A DNA stretch of 63,826 nucleotides from Leucoraja ocellata. Its lineage: Eukaryota. Made by a program: the position numbers and the translations under genes. The stretch spans positions 1,302,001-1,365,826 of the forward strand of contig JAWMAR010000022.1 in NCBI GenBank assembly GCA_036785375.1. Direction: 5' to 3'. Under the pieces are notes generated by a model. The model ran no database searches, had not been told where the DNA came from, and saw nothing but the letters and a program-made list of their open reading frames with translations. Below are positions 23,816-37,187 of the stretch, in pieces (positions within the stretch are counted from its first letter, which is position 1; the number at the start of each line of letters is the position of its first letter).

Positions 23816-26800
23816 CTATCTAATATTGTGGTTTGAGTACATGGCCAAAGATGACCCGGGTATGTTTTAAAACTTAACCTCTTCTTGAAGTTCAAGTATA
23901 TCTGCCTGACCATAAGGTTGCAAAGAGTTTTTGGGTAACCCTTGTATTAATCGCCAATGACAAATCAACAGCACAATCATCCTACAATAGCAGATTATGA
24001 AAAAAATCCTCAGCTGCCCACATTCTTTGGGATCATTAAGACCCCTGAGTGATAGCAATTATTTCAATTGTTCCCTGCTTCAAACATCATTGGACAAACC
24101 CTTTCAAAATCTACCAGGAACTTTAATTTACATAGAGCTATTTCTTTAAAACCTAGATATCCCCTGCTTCTTCACGTGCACCAACATCGTCCATCTCCAC
24201 GCAAGAATGGAAACCACCATGTCATCCTAATAATTAGACCTGTAACAAAGGTACTAAACAAGAGGCATACGAATGAAATTAGTCAATAAAATGGCACTAG
24301 ACAGCAGAAAATAACATTTTGCAGAAACAAATGTGCAGTTATATGCAGTGCTATTACCCTTTGACCAGCAGGACTAGTGATTCTCTACATCACTCTCATT
24401 TTGCCATAATCATTATGCCCCTGTAAACCATCAGTGTCATTAACAAAATAATGAGGCAGGATTGGCTTGATTAGGTTCCCTGAAAGATAGATGAACCCAC
24501 AGACTTTACTTCAACAATTTTTCCATTTTTTTTCCTAGTTTTTCACATCTGCTGAAACTATGAAAAAGATTGTCTGATGGTTCTCTCTCATTCATCTAGT
24601 TTGTATGTCGAGTCTTACTAGCAACGAGTTGTCAGTTTCAGACATCCCCAGGCAGATCGCTCGACTGTTTGGGGTACATTTCCTTCATCTATCCCTGCTA
24701 AGTGACCTGAAACCCTTCAACTAATTCATAAAGGCCAAATTGTTTTGACTGAATCGATTCAAAGAACTCAGTCACTGAAACCATGGTACAATTACTTGAT
24801 CAAAATCTATTTCAGCAGTGCTTTCCACTACATCATGAATTTCAAAAGCTCCTTGGATTCATTAACAAAAGATTCAATTTGTAATGTCTTTATCTCATCC
24901 AACAGAAAATACCTCCAGTGTTCAGCTGTAATCAACACCCTCACTTCAGAGAAATCTGGATCTCTATGCATGGATAGTATTATTTGTTTAATCCAGATCT
25001 TGTTGATTGAAAATTACCAAGAAATGGAATTGAAGAAGAAACCAATATTTGACTTCCTTAAGAAACTGGAAGTCCTCAGACTACATCGCAAATGATTCTG
25101 CAAATAGCATCCTTCAGAAAGAATGATGGTTGATAGTTAATTAAAACCCATTACACAATTTACAAAGTACACACAGAGTCTTTTATTAGCCATGGTTGCA
25201 CTATTTTCAATATAATTGTTTTGAACATATAACAAAAAATTATGTTAACAATCAAAAACAAAGCTCTATTCAAAGGAATTATGATTGAAATTATAACATC
25301 TGAAACATTCACATGGAGCTGCTATTTTCATAGTATTTTACAATAAACATGAAAAAAATTAAGATCTATGAAAAAGTGTTGGCTTCCAGAGCTGCCTTTT
25401 CTCTACATACTTGCTCTATGGTTCTGATACATCCATTCCCATTTTGTGGTGGGACATTTTGTTTACTAATGAACTAGTAAAAAAAATTGATTGTTTATCG
25501 TTGTGTTTTTCCTCTGTGCTCCATTAGGAACGTCAACACCTGTTGCTGCTCCTATTGGATATCCTGACAATGGTACCAACATGTACCCTAGCTAGCTGTC
25601 AATTGAGTAATTTATTTTTCCCCAACTTGTTTCGAATTTGTCCTAAACGTGGCAATCAGTCAGCATTTCACAATTAATTTAGAGAAGAATATAGTTCATT
25701 AAAAATACGTTGACATATTTCAGTGCAAATAATTTGATGCAATTTAATTAATAGATGAGAATTGTTTTCATTGAATCGTCGAAGGTTACGGCAAACAGTC
25801 AGGTGAGCTAGTCCATGCCAACTGGACGTAAAGGTTAATTCTACTACAGGTCTTCAAGTGGTTATCCACAAATTTACCTTTAAATGTGGGGAGATTTTCT
25901 GCCTTCCCCCCCTTCAGACAGTGAGCAATAGAATTCCATCAATCTGAAGCAGGATCCCGACCTGAAACTTCACCTATTCATGCACTTAGAGTTGTTGCCC
26001 GACCTGCCAAGTTATTCTGGCACCTTGTGCTCTACTGTAAAAATTTCCCCCCTCAACTACACTCTATTCTTTCTGTCAAAGAAATATCTGATAGTTCTAC
26101 CAATTGCCTATGAGTAATCTCTTTTTATATTTAAAAAAATCATTGACAGAAGCTTTGACAAAGGGCCCATGACCTAAACTTTTAACTGTTTCCTCAGATG
26201 CTGCGGAAGGACATGCTTAATATTTACAGCATTTTCTCCTTTAATCAGATACTTTAGTCAAATGTTATTTGCTCTTAAAGTTTTGAGATAGTTGAGCTGA
26301 AACCACATCAAAAACAATTCCAGGGTGTACTTGCTGCAATACTTAAGAACAGCATTCTTCAGTTTCACGGATGTCTTCACCACTGCTATCCTTGACTGAG
26401 AAGGACAAGTCCTGACAGCTTCTAGTCCCTTTTCATGCCCATTCTCCCACTTCTTCTTTCGTGTCCATCGTCTATGTTTCAAATGTTCAGCCTGGCTCTT
26501 GCACAGTGGACAGCCTTTTCGTTTGCCACCACTAGATCTTCCAGGCAGCATTGTTCACCAAGAAGTGGGCATCTTAGTAGGGCTTCCCACAAACAACTTA
26601 GCATCCCACTAGCAACTCTTACTCCAAATACTCTACTGATCGGTATTATCCTCCCTCCGCTCCCAACTCTGTCTCTCCACCATCACTCCCATCCCCAATT
26701 TGCTCTTGCCAAAAGATAAAGGCCTATATTTAAATAAAGCTTGTTCAATAGAACATGACAATAGGACGTGCCTTGTGTTTAGTTCATGAATAAAATCCAC

Positions 26801-27020
26801 CAGGTGGCAGCTATTCAATATGCTCTCGCAGCTAACCAATTTCTTGACCAGTATTCTTCAAAGTTGCCTAACCAGCAACTTACAAATCGTAATTGCTACC
26901 TCCTTATTTTCCAGCTGTGTGTTAATACAACATTGATGCTGTGTTTTTTTTTAAATATATTGAAACTTTGCTGGATTTTCTCTACAGCTCGCTTACCTTG
27001 CTGCATTATCTAGTTCAACA

Positions 27021-27939
27021 CAAAGATGAACTTATATCAGAGTGATGGCAAGAGCAAAGTATGGAGGAGAGAAGGAACTGCCCAAGATTGTGTATTGTGT
27101 GTTCTTTTTTATTGTACTGCAGCTGGCAAGTTCATTTCACTGCACTTTATTGTGTATGTGACGAATAAATCTGACTATTGACTATTGATCCAAAACATAC
27201 CACCTCATCAGTGAAAGTGGGGGTGTTAGGCCTGGGCATGTATGGCTGCTGAAGGTACTGGCTCACATCTTCATTGATGATACAACTGCTGATGGTAGCA
27301 GCATAATGAATTCTGAAGTGTATAGACACATCCTCTCTGCTCAAGTTCAAACAAATGCCTCAAAACTCATTGGCCGGCGGTTCATTCTACGGCAAGACAA
27401 TGATCCCAAACACATTGCTAAAGCAACAAAGCAGTTTTTCAAAGCTAAAAAATGGTTAATTCTTGAGTGGCCCAATCACCCGATCTGAACCCAATTGAGC
27501 ATGCCTTTTATAGGCTGACGAGAAAACTGAAGGGGACTATCCCCCATAACAAGCATAAGCTAAACATGCCTGCAATACAGGCCTGGCAGAGCATCACCAG
27601 AGAAGACACCCAGCAACTGGTGATATCAATGAATTGCAGATTTCAAGCAGTCATTGCATGCAAAGGATATGCAACAAAATACTAAACATGACTACTTTCA
27701 TTTACATTACATTGCTGTGTCCCAAACATTATGGTGCCCTGAAACTGGGGGACTATGTATAAACACTGCTGTAATTTCTATATGGTGAAACCAAAATGTA
27801 TAAACATGGCCTTTATTAAAATCTGACAATGTGCACTTTAACTAAATGTGATTTTTTCTATTACAAATCTCAAATTGTGAAGTACGGAGGCAAATAAATA
27901 AATGATGGGTCTATGTCCCAAATCTTATGGAGGGCACTG
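27021..27939 (+). mobile_element. Tc1 (DD34E) transposon, 3' half with right TIR
   Basis: RRFILRQDNDPKH...WP / QSPDLNPIEHAF; ends tatggagggcactg|TA; same family as 43319-46242. Confidence 0.92.
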
Positions 27940-28404
27940 TATCACATAGCCCTGTATCCCAGCAGCATTATTAAGATTGTGGTTGTTTTGACCATGGTCA
28001 CGTTTCATCCTGTTCCCCACTCTGCTACATAATAAGATCCTGCCTGTCTCTGGCATGAATACTTTCAATGATTTAACCTCCAGAACTTCAAGCAGGACAG
28101 TTTCAAAGATTCACAATCCTGAGGAAATCTATCCTGGTATTGTGAATTAAGCCCTTAAATTCTTCATTTTCTCAGAGGGAAAAGGACCTCTTAGTATCTA
28201 CTCTGTCAAGTTCTCTCAGAATCTTATACATTTTTCTCATTCCTGAAATCCAATGAATATTTGCCCAAGCTGCCCAATCTTTTTTTAAATCATTTAAATC
28301 ACCTGGTGAATCTTCCCTCAGCAGCCACCAATACAACTATATCCTCCATTGAGTAAACAGATCAAAACTATATGTAGCACTCAGTTATGGACAGCCCTCC
28401 ACTT

Positions 28405-29170
28405 TAACAGTCAAGAGTGTTTAATTATCATATGTACAGACAGATGTACCATAAAAAACTGTCAATTTATAACCGCAATATTAGTGGAAAGAAAACACAA
28501 AGTCTGTGGAATAACTAAAGACACAGTTCATCGATGTTCAGTTGTTGTGGACACTGATGTGTAGTGTTCATGAGCCTGATAGTTCAATGGCTCAGTGGTG
28601 CATTATTTGTCACATGTGCAACTGCAGTAATTGCATATTTACACATGCAGGCGCTGCCATGTTGTGGCACCATTTCCAGAATCCAAAGTCCAGTACACAC
28701 GCGCGCTTGGAGCAGCTCCTGATTCAGGTAAGTCCCAGGTTCCTGCAGGGCCTTCCACCATGTCCTTCGACCAGATTGGCCCGCAAACCGACGTCCCTCT
28801 CCTCGTTCGGCAGCTGACCTTGAAGGCGCTGGAGGCATTATCCTGTTCACTCTGCTACCGACCCCTGCTCCTCGCGTCCGACGTCTCTTGCGGCTCGCTC
28901 CCGGTACCATGGGCCACTGTGCCTTGTGTTCTCAGCTGACTGCTGTACCAGTCATCCTGGCAGATTTCCGGTTCCGCAGTCTGCCGATCCTTCGAGCATG
29001 TTCCCAGAGTTGCATGGAAGAAGTTGTCCTTGAATCTGGTGATTCCTGTACCTTCTTCCCGATGGTCAGAGCAAAATGTGTGAGAGTTTTTGATATTATC
29101 GCCGGCCTTTTTGAGGCAATACATCCGAAAGATCCCTTTACATGGCAGAGAGGTCAGTATCTGCAAATGA
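28405..29170 (-). mobile_element. Rex1-like LINE 3' remnant containing a GC-rich segment (about 28640-28990)
   Basis: YCLKKAGDNIKNSH...TRFKDNFF resembles the Rex1 C-terminus; tail-like sequence near 28410-28440. Confidence 0.55.
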
Positions 29171-29399
29171 CAAAGCAGTGTCTACTACTCTCTATAATCT
29201 CCTTCATTCCTGGGTGTTCTAGTTACCAAACCAGGCCATGTTACAGTCAGTCAGGTGCTTTCTCTTTTACTCTACATCCCCTGCATAATATAGGCCAACA
29301 TCCCATTTAGCTTCCTATTTACTTCTTGAACTTGCATGTTAATGCTCAATGATCTCCATATTCAATAGTGCCCAATGCCATGGGACTGGGCCATTACTT

Positions 29400-29599
29400 T
29401 TAGGCAAAACAAAGCGCTGGAGGAACTCAGCAGGTAATTCAGCATCTGTGAAGGGAATAGTCAAACAATTCAGTTTCAGATTCAGAAAGGTCCGGACCTG
29501 GAACAATGCCCATTCCCTCCATAGATTCTACCTGAACCACTGAGTTCTTCCAGCACTTAATTTCACTCAAGATTCGAGCATTGGAAGTTTCTTGTGTCT
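29400..29599. mobile_element. Old palindromic Penelope terminal-repeat-only insertion
   Basis: gcgctggaggaactcag...ctgagttcttccagcac inverted arms; TSD CCATTACTT at 29391-29399 and 29600-29608. Confidence 0.7.
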
Positions 29600-31004
29600 C
29601 CATTACTTAGATCCAAGTGATGGTCCTTTACCAAATGGTTATTTGTGCATCATGGACACCAACTGAACATGCCCCTGCAAGTTCTAATGCATTTATAGAC
29701 CTATAAATTTACCCATAAAGTAGTTCAACACAAAACAGGGAGATTCGAGCAATTCACAGAATGGGCAGAGTTTACTCATCTGAGCAGGAAACTATAACCA
29801 GCCTTTGTGCCCTGGCTTGCAACAGGATGATACTTGAAGGTTTATTTCCAAATCTCAACTGAAATACTACAATGTTCTACTTGGACATTGGACAACTGGA
29901 ATGGGCTTGTTTGCAAATCTCATGGATTGGCAGATTCTGACAATGAATAATGATCAAGTGCACAGAAAGCCAATTAATCATTGCAGATACACCATATCCC
30001 AAACAAAAAACTGATAATTCAATTGTACAATGATGACATAGGTTATTTTTAGTGCATATCAAAAGCTTCTATTCAGTCACGGCGAAGTTCATCAACTATG
30101 ACTTTTTATTATTCTGTAGATATTGACATACTATTTATATTTATAATCTTGCTCATTACAAATTCTGTTTATCTCCATATGCTTTATGCTTTCAATTTTA
30201 GCTACAGTTATTACTATAGCAACAGCAAGAAACAATCACTCAGTTAACAACTGCAATTGTAGGAAAACCAAGCTACAAATATAAAAGTTTTTCTTCAATC
30301 TCATGTATTGAATGGTGGCCTGCGGAAAATGGCCATTAGGTTTGTCCTCATAACGGTCAATGCTTTTCAAAGAAATGCCTTTTATGTGAAGTGTATTGAG
30401 GTGTGAAATGCTATACTGCATAAACATGTCCTTCTAATGTTCCTTCATTTTTGTTCAAAATTTACCGCTCTCCATTTATCTGCATAATCATTTCTGGTGT
30501 GCTTTATCCAGGTGAATTCATAGATCAACATAAAACAAACTACTGCAAAGGTACAGCTGGGGGACACAGAAGCAAACAGCGTAACGTGAGAAACTCTGCA
30601 TCTTCTATGGCCTAATCGTTATTAATAAGTGATTAATGGTGCATTGTGCAGAATGAAGGATGCAAGGTCACCGTAGATCACGGGTGTGAACAGCAGGCAA
30701 AAACAAGAAACTTGCCTATAAAATCAGCTTTGCACTGATACTGTAGCACCAACAGAGCAACACTCAGGGAGAAACTTATTATAGTAGAGTGCTGCTTCCT
30801 CTTTTTAATATTCTGGTATAAAGTTGCTTTCTGTTGTGAAAGCAATATGAAACCAAGAGCTTTACCCCAATTATATTTCTGTTAAGGGCATTATACGTTT
30901 GGGGCAAAAAAAAGTAGGTTAAAATTATTTTTAAGGTCATGTTGTTCTTGATTTGGTCAAACTTACTCATGAGAAAATAAACAAAAGTAAATAGAAACAT
31001 CTAC

Positions 31005-31164
31005 CTGTCCATCTGCGAGGACAGCTGTTCTTTCCAGATTTTTAACGTTGCTGCAGCACATGTTGGGTCAAGTTCCTCGTCATTCCTCCGCGCTGCTAAG
31101 GGTTCAGCAGATGGTGTTACTCTTTTCACTGCTTCCTTGGTCTTCGGTATCAGTGGCTCCAGTC
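31005..31164 (-). CDS. UVSSA: UVSSA exon (GLEPLIPKTKEAVKRVTPSAEPLAARRNDEELDPTCAAATLKIWKEQLSSQMD)
   Basis: ctccag|GACTGGAG...GACAG|gtagat; 160 bp, phase 1 to 2, in frame with both neighbours; DEELDPTCAAA resembles human DEEVSDPTSAAA. Confidence 0.92.
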
Positions 31165-34100
31165 CTGGAGTTACAGATAATACAAACCGCCTGCTTTAGA
31201 TGTTGTGAACTAGAACATTGAAGAAAATAATAATAATAATCACCAATGTCTTAAAAAAATATATTGTACTCAAGTGCTATTATGTCCAGTTCGCTTGTCA
31301 CCAGATACAATTCTGATTCAATAACTGACAGGAAATGCATAAAATATTGATTAAAGGTTAAAATCTGCTATCAAAACACAATAGCAGGTACACACCATTT
31401 CTATGGAGCATTAAGATTCAAATATCCCGTCAATTAAGTCATAGTATTGGTTATAGCATTGGGGGTTCACTTAAAGTAAAACATTTCCATTGGATAGCTA
31501 CTGTGACGGAAAGTGTGCAGATATTTGTAATAGAAAACAAAAACAGAAGAGCAGAATTTTTAAATACCAAAGTTGCTTGAGTGACATTTAATAGTGTATT
31601 AAAGGATTTATTTCTTCAAACCCCTGATTAACTAAATAAATGTTCTGACAGAAAGGCTTAAAGACCTAGTAGCTACCAGTTTGAATTTCCAGACCTACAG
31701 CAAGCCAATCAATCTCAGCCAAAGCAGCGGTAGGATATTAAGCTTGCATTGAAATCACAAAGGAATAGGAAAAATCTCCGCTGTGTACTTAATCACAACT
31801 AGGCAATGCTTGCAGGAAAGAAAAGTGCAGGCTTAGTTATTAGGGCCTGAAGATCAAATGAACGACATAACCACACAAGACAGCATACACTAGGCTAGTG
31901 CACAAACTACCATATGGACAAGATATCAGAAACATACATTTCCCTCTGAAATTGTACATTGATAGGGGAAAAAAGTAGGAAATTAAAAAATGTAGTCGGT
32001 TTGGCTAATAATCTCAAATTAAATAATTTCAAGACACAAAACAGTTGTTAATACAAATGTTTATTTTCCAATACAAAAGCAAAGTTGTGGAGTAAAAGTA
32101 TCTTAAGGTGCAGGGTTTGTTGTAGCCAACAGATTTCAGCAGGACGTTTGACAAGCGCAAAGCCCATGGGATACAAGGGAGAGTGGCAAATGGAATCCAA
32201 AATTGACTCAGTGGCAGGAAGCAAAGGATAGTGGTTATCTGGTATTATTGTGACTAGAAGTTTCCAGATTATATACAAATTTTCAGTGACGAGAGGCTGG
32301 CACATAGACCAGCTGCATATTTCCCAACAAACACACCATCCTAATTTGGAAGCCATCGATGAATCTAAATGCTGGTACTTTCTACTCTACAGCAGCGTGG
32401 AGATACCCTCACCACTACAGTGGTGCAAGGAACAGCTCACCACCAACTTTAAGGATAGGCCAATAACACTCTTCTTACCAATGACACCCAGATCCCCCCT
32501 CCCAAAAAAAGGAAAACCTTATTTTCATTAAGAAGGATTACAAACTGGGTAACATGAAGTAATTAGTAGATTAATTAAGGGGAGATGTAGATGAGGTTTA
32601 TAACCCAGAGATAGGGGTTTGGAACTTCCAGCCTGTAAGAATGGTAGAGAGGCAAAACCTCATTACACTTGACTAATACACTTGAATGAGTGTTTCAAAA
32701 TCATTTGACTGCAGTTCTCTGAAATAATTCTTAGCGGATAGGATTAGGCTGGTTTGCTTTTTCAAGCTCAGCACAGCCCCAATGATCCAAAATGCCTCCT
32801 CCTGTGCCATAAACTTTCTGTATTGAGACTTTGTTGAAAATAGTGCTTGCTTCATTTTTAAGTTTTAATTTTTCAAACAGAGAGACATTGTTATAAATGT
32901 GACCTCATTCTAAAACTATAAAACGCTGAAATCTTTTTGAAATTGCTCCGCATCACCCATTTGCCTGAAGCAATAACATGGATAGAGTTAAAAAGATTAA
33001 TCAATAGCAGGAAATGGCAAGGCAGGGCCTATGGCTCAAAGCTAGGCCACTGAATGCTGACATTATTGATTTTAGCAAGTTCACCAGGACTTGTAATTAA
33101 AATGTAAATTTGAGAAAGAGATTATGTCCTGACAGAAATCTTAGGATTAGGGAGAAGATAAAGCGCCTCAGTGGTGCAGAGAGAGAGAGAAGGAAGGTTT
33201 CCTCAGCTGTGTGGCTTTACCCTTACTTTAACAACATTGGATCTGCTCTGAAGTTTAATTGGCAAATTGTTGAGACAGATAATAGAAACTGCTGATAGAA
33301 GTTGAACCATGGAAAGCTCCTATGAACTCTAATGCTTCTGACTTAACTGTTTAGCCTCTTTCAACTGAGCAACATAACATTTGCAGCAATTTTTAACATG
33401 ATAAGCAGAATGGGGATTGGTGATGATGCAAATAACATGTCACTGAATAATTTTTTAAAAAGCAATTGTTTTAACCACTGAACTCTTTTTTGACAACCGT
33501 TGTCAATATGTTTTAAAAGTCAACTGTGTTAAGAACATTATTTTGCATAAAGAAGGCTTTTTCCATCCAAGTCACTTACAGGTTTTGTTTTTTTTACAAA
33601 AACATTTGGCACATGGATTCAATGGCAACTCTCAGAGCAATCATAGCAGTCCTATTTCCCCCAGTTATTCTACTGTAATCTAAATGCGTCTCACATGTCC
33701 ATCAAATCCCCAATTCGCCAGCCACCCACCTGAACTAAGGGCAATTTGCACAGTCAATTAAGTGTGTCTTTGGGATGCAAAATACTTAAAGGGAGACAGA
33801 ACCAAAACTGGTCAGTTGCACTGTGGGCATTTACACATCACCTCCACAGTGACCATCCTCTGACAATAATTCTGTTATCCCACTTTCTCATCCATTTCCC
33901 ACACATTAGGGGCCATTTACAGAGGCCAAATAACCTGCAAATCCATACATCTTTGGAATGCCCCTCCCGAGCCATGTGGGCGGCAGAAGCATCCTGGCAA
34001 CATTTCTATAAGCTGGATGACGAAAACTGAACACTATACTCCAAGGGCATCCCCACCAACATCTTGTCCAACTGCAACATAACATCCCAACTTCTATACT

Positions 34101-34869
34101 CAATGGAAACACAAGAGAGTGCAGATGCTGTAATTTTGAGCAAAACAATGCGCTGTAGGAACTCAAGCGGGTCAGGCAGCACCAAGGGAGGGAAAAATCA
34201 AAGCGCAAAACTTTGCATACATTCAGAGCTCTTGCCTAGGAGCAGAGATTCTGTACTCAGTAAATGGAGAATCCCACGATAAACCAATGTTTACAGCTTT
34301 ATGGCTTGCATTTCACAACAATATAATTTTCCAAATATATTACAAACATCAGCAAAACAATCAAAAAATCTAATCAACACAATTTTAAATCATCTTGTTT
34401 TTCCCATCCAGCTCACTCTACAAGAGGCACAAGAGACCACAAAAAATTAGCTGCTTGGATTCCAGCATCTAGTCTCATGTCAAGATTTCGACATCTGCAG
34501 CTTCTGTCTCCGGCTGCTCATTCTTAACTTCACAAGCACGTTATTTCATCCAGCAAATTCAATTCAAAGATCATATCTTTGCACATGGACCACTAAACTA
34601 TATGTGACATCAGAAAATAATTTGATCCCATCATTAAGGTGCATGCCTCAATCATGTGTAATAATAATGGGAAGTTGACCTGCAATTTCTGTTCGCTTTC
34701 CAATTACACTGTAATAAGTTGTGTTACTATCTAGTGTCATGCTGTCATTTTTGTAATGGACCTTGAACCTTAAGCATTACAAGAGGCAAAAGACCTAAAC
34801 TGTTTAAATTTCCTTGACAGCATGTTACAAAAGGTTTTTACACTCAAGTATTTTCAGTCCAGATTGTTA

Positions 34870-35630
34870 ACTGTGGCTCAATGGTAGCACTCGTAGTGGT
34901 CATCAAACAATTCCAGGTTCAAGTTCTGCTGGGAGACTAGACTATAAAAACCTCTAGTGACATAATACAGTCCTGAGGGACTCCTGTGTTAACGGAGGTG
35001 CTGTATTTCAGATGAAAACTCGGTTGAATCTAAAAGACCCAAAGGCACTATACAGAAAAAGGACATGGGTGTTATCACCAGTAATCTGTCCAATGTTTAT
35101 TGATCAATCCTTTTTAAAAAATAATTGAGTATCTGGTTATTATCAACTTGCAATACACAGAATAGGTGTTCATAAATTCTAGGAGCAGAATTAGGCCATT
35201 TGGCCCATCAAGTCTACCCTGCTATTCAATCATGGCTGATCTATCTTTCTTCCTCGAACCCATTCTCCTGCCTTCTCCCCATAACACCCTTACTAATCAA
35301 GAATCTGTCAATCTCCGCCTTAAAAATATCCATTGACTTGGCCTCTACGGCCGTCTGCGGCAAGACATTCCAGATTCCACACCCTCTGACTAACAAAATA
35401 CCTCCTCATCTCCTTTCTAAAGGCATGTCCTTTTATCCTGAGGCTATGTATGCTCTCTGATACTAGACTCTCCAGGTGCTTGGAGCTATTTTCACTTTGG
35501 CTATCATGCTTCCTACTTTAGAAAAGTAACTATTTCTTCATAAAAGTAACTTCAAAAGTACTTCATTGACTGTGAACACTTGGGGATGTTCTGAGAGGAT
35601 TGAAAAAGATTCAATTTAAATTAAAGTCTC
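34870..35630 (+). mobile_element. Near-complete Deu-domain SINE (SacSINE1-like) interrupted by a CR1 3' end (about 35157-35474, minus)
   Basis: tRNA-like head gtggctcaatggtagcactc...ggttcaagt; Deu-like core ctgagggactcctg...ggaggtgctgtatttcagatga...aaagacccaaaggcactat; tail cttcaaaagtacttcattgactgtga. Confidence 0.7.
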
Positions 35631-36117
35631 TTCTATCAACATCTTCAATCAATATCACAGGCAGATTAACTGATCATTATTACATGGGAGCTTGTGAGAC
35701 CTAGCTATTTGCAACACTGCAGCACTTTGATACAAAATGCTTCCTTGAAAGATATAATTTTAATAATGTGGTGGTTTTTCAATTCCTGTACTTGATGTCA
35801 AGAACATTTAGTCGGGAGTTGGGTTCCTGAAGCCAAAATCTGGTAACTCTTATCAAAATGTTAATTGGAAATTAGTCCACAATGTTCTGTTTTAAAACGT
35901 ACTAAATTTCATTTTTAAAAAGATCATCATTGTAAAATTACAGAAAACTAAATGATAATCTAAGGATTAAGAACACAATATATATAGATATGAAAGGCTG
36001 TTCATTCATAAAAGGATTAATTTACATTATATAGGCAGGATTTGGTAAATTATTTTAGTATTATGACATGTTAATTTAGTGTCCAATTATTTATAATCAG
36101 GCAAGTACAATGAAAAT

Positions 36118-36335
36118 AGACAAAATGCTGGAGTAACTCAGCATCTCTGGAGAGAAAGAATGGGTGACATTTCGGGTTGAGACCCTTCTTCAGTCGGACG
36201 GTCTGAAGAAGGGTCTCTACCAGAAACTTCACCCATTCCTTCTCTCCAGAGATGCTGCCTGTCCTGCTGAGTTACTCCAACATTTTGTGTCTATCTTCGG
36301 TTTAAATCAGCATCTGCAGCTCCTTCCTACACATT
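36118..36335. mobile_element. Palindromic Penelope terminal-repeat-only element with two opposed hammerhead-like cores
   Basis: Inverted arms centred near 36197; 15-bp TSD AAGTACAATGAAAAT at 36103-36117 and 36336-36350. Confidence 0.85.
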
Positions 36336-37187
36336 AAGTACAATGAAAATTCCTTTGACTGTTTCAATTAAATTTAGCATAGAGGGTAAAAATATTGAGA
36401 ATCAAGAATGATTACTCGTTTAGCAACACAAAACCTTCTATTTCCTTCAACTAAACTAGTCACTTTTCTGATTCCAACCACAGTGCAAGCTGCCAGAAAT
36501 GGATTTAGTATCAAGATTGAGACGATGGACTGATTCAGCTCAGTTATGGGTGTAATATTATTGTATCTTGCTTCAACTGCCACATTCATGTCATGATCTC
36601 TTATAAATATTTGTTTGACATGAATTTTGTGGAGTATACCCAGTTGAATTACACTCCTAATTTAGATATACATTAAAAAAAAACTGTTCCAGAATGGGTT
36701 GACAGTGCCAACATGAATTTACATTATCATAAACATTGATTGCTATGCCCTAACCATTAAACAAAGACCAACATCACTATAATGTGATTGCACAACAGCT
36801 TACAGATTTGCTTATATCCATCCTATAAAGATTGTGCTGTGATTTTTTTTTAAACGGGAGGAAAGACTTGGATTTATACACCAGGAGGTACTGGAGTTAG
36901 GATGTAGTGTTCAAGGTATAATGAGCTTTGAAAAAGATGTGAAATGGGACAGTTAGCCAATTTAACTAACATTCATGAGATAGAAAGTTATGAGATCCTT
37001 ATTGGGGAAGAGAGGTTTATTTGTCAATTTACAAATAAGTGTTCAAATAACTCGGTGACAGCTTCTTCAGTCATCAGTGGACAGAATAAACACACAGCTG
37101 ATCACCTTATTGCTTAATAACAGGGTTTGTTTACTTAGCTGCGGGAGAGTGTCCTGGAAGTGGCAGCTAGCAGCTGCATCAACTCAC

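Noticed and set aside
24745-25095. 116-aa ORF in unique sequence
   Set aside because: Non-ATG start, no recognisable domain, composition typical of AT-rich intron.
25500-25605. Strong-looking plus-strand acceptor (tttttcctctgtgctccattag) followed by a short frame GTSTPVAAPIGYPDNGTNMYPS*
   Set aside because: No recognisable homology or other exons; such sites occur by chance in 60 kb.
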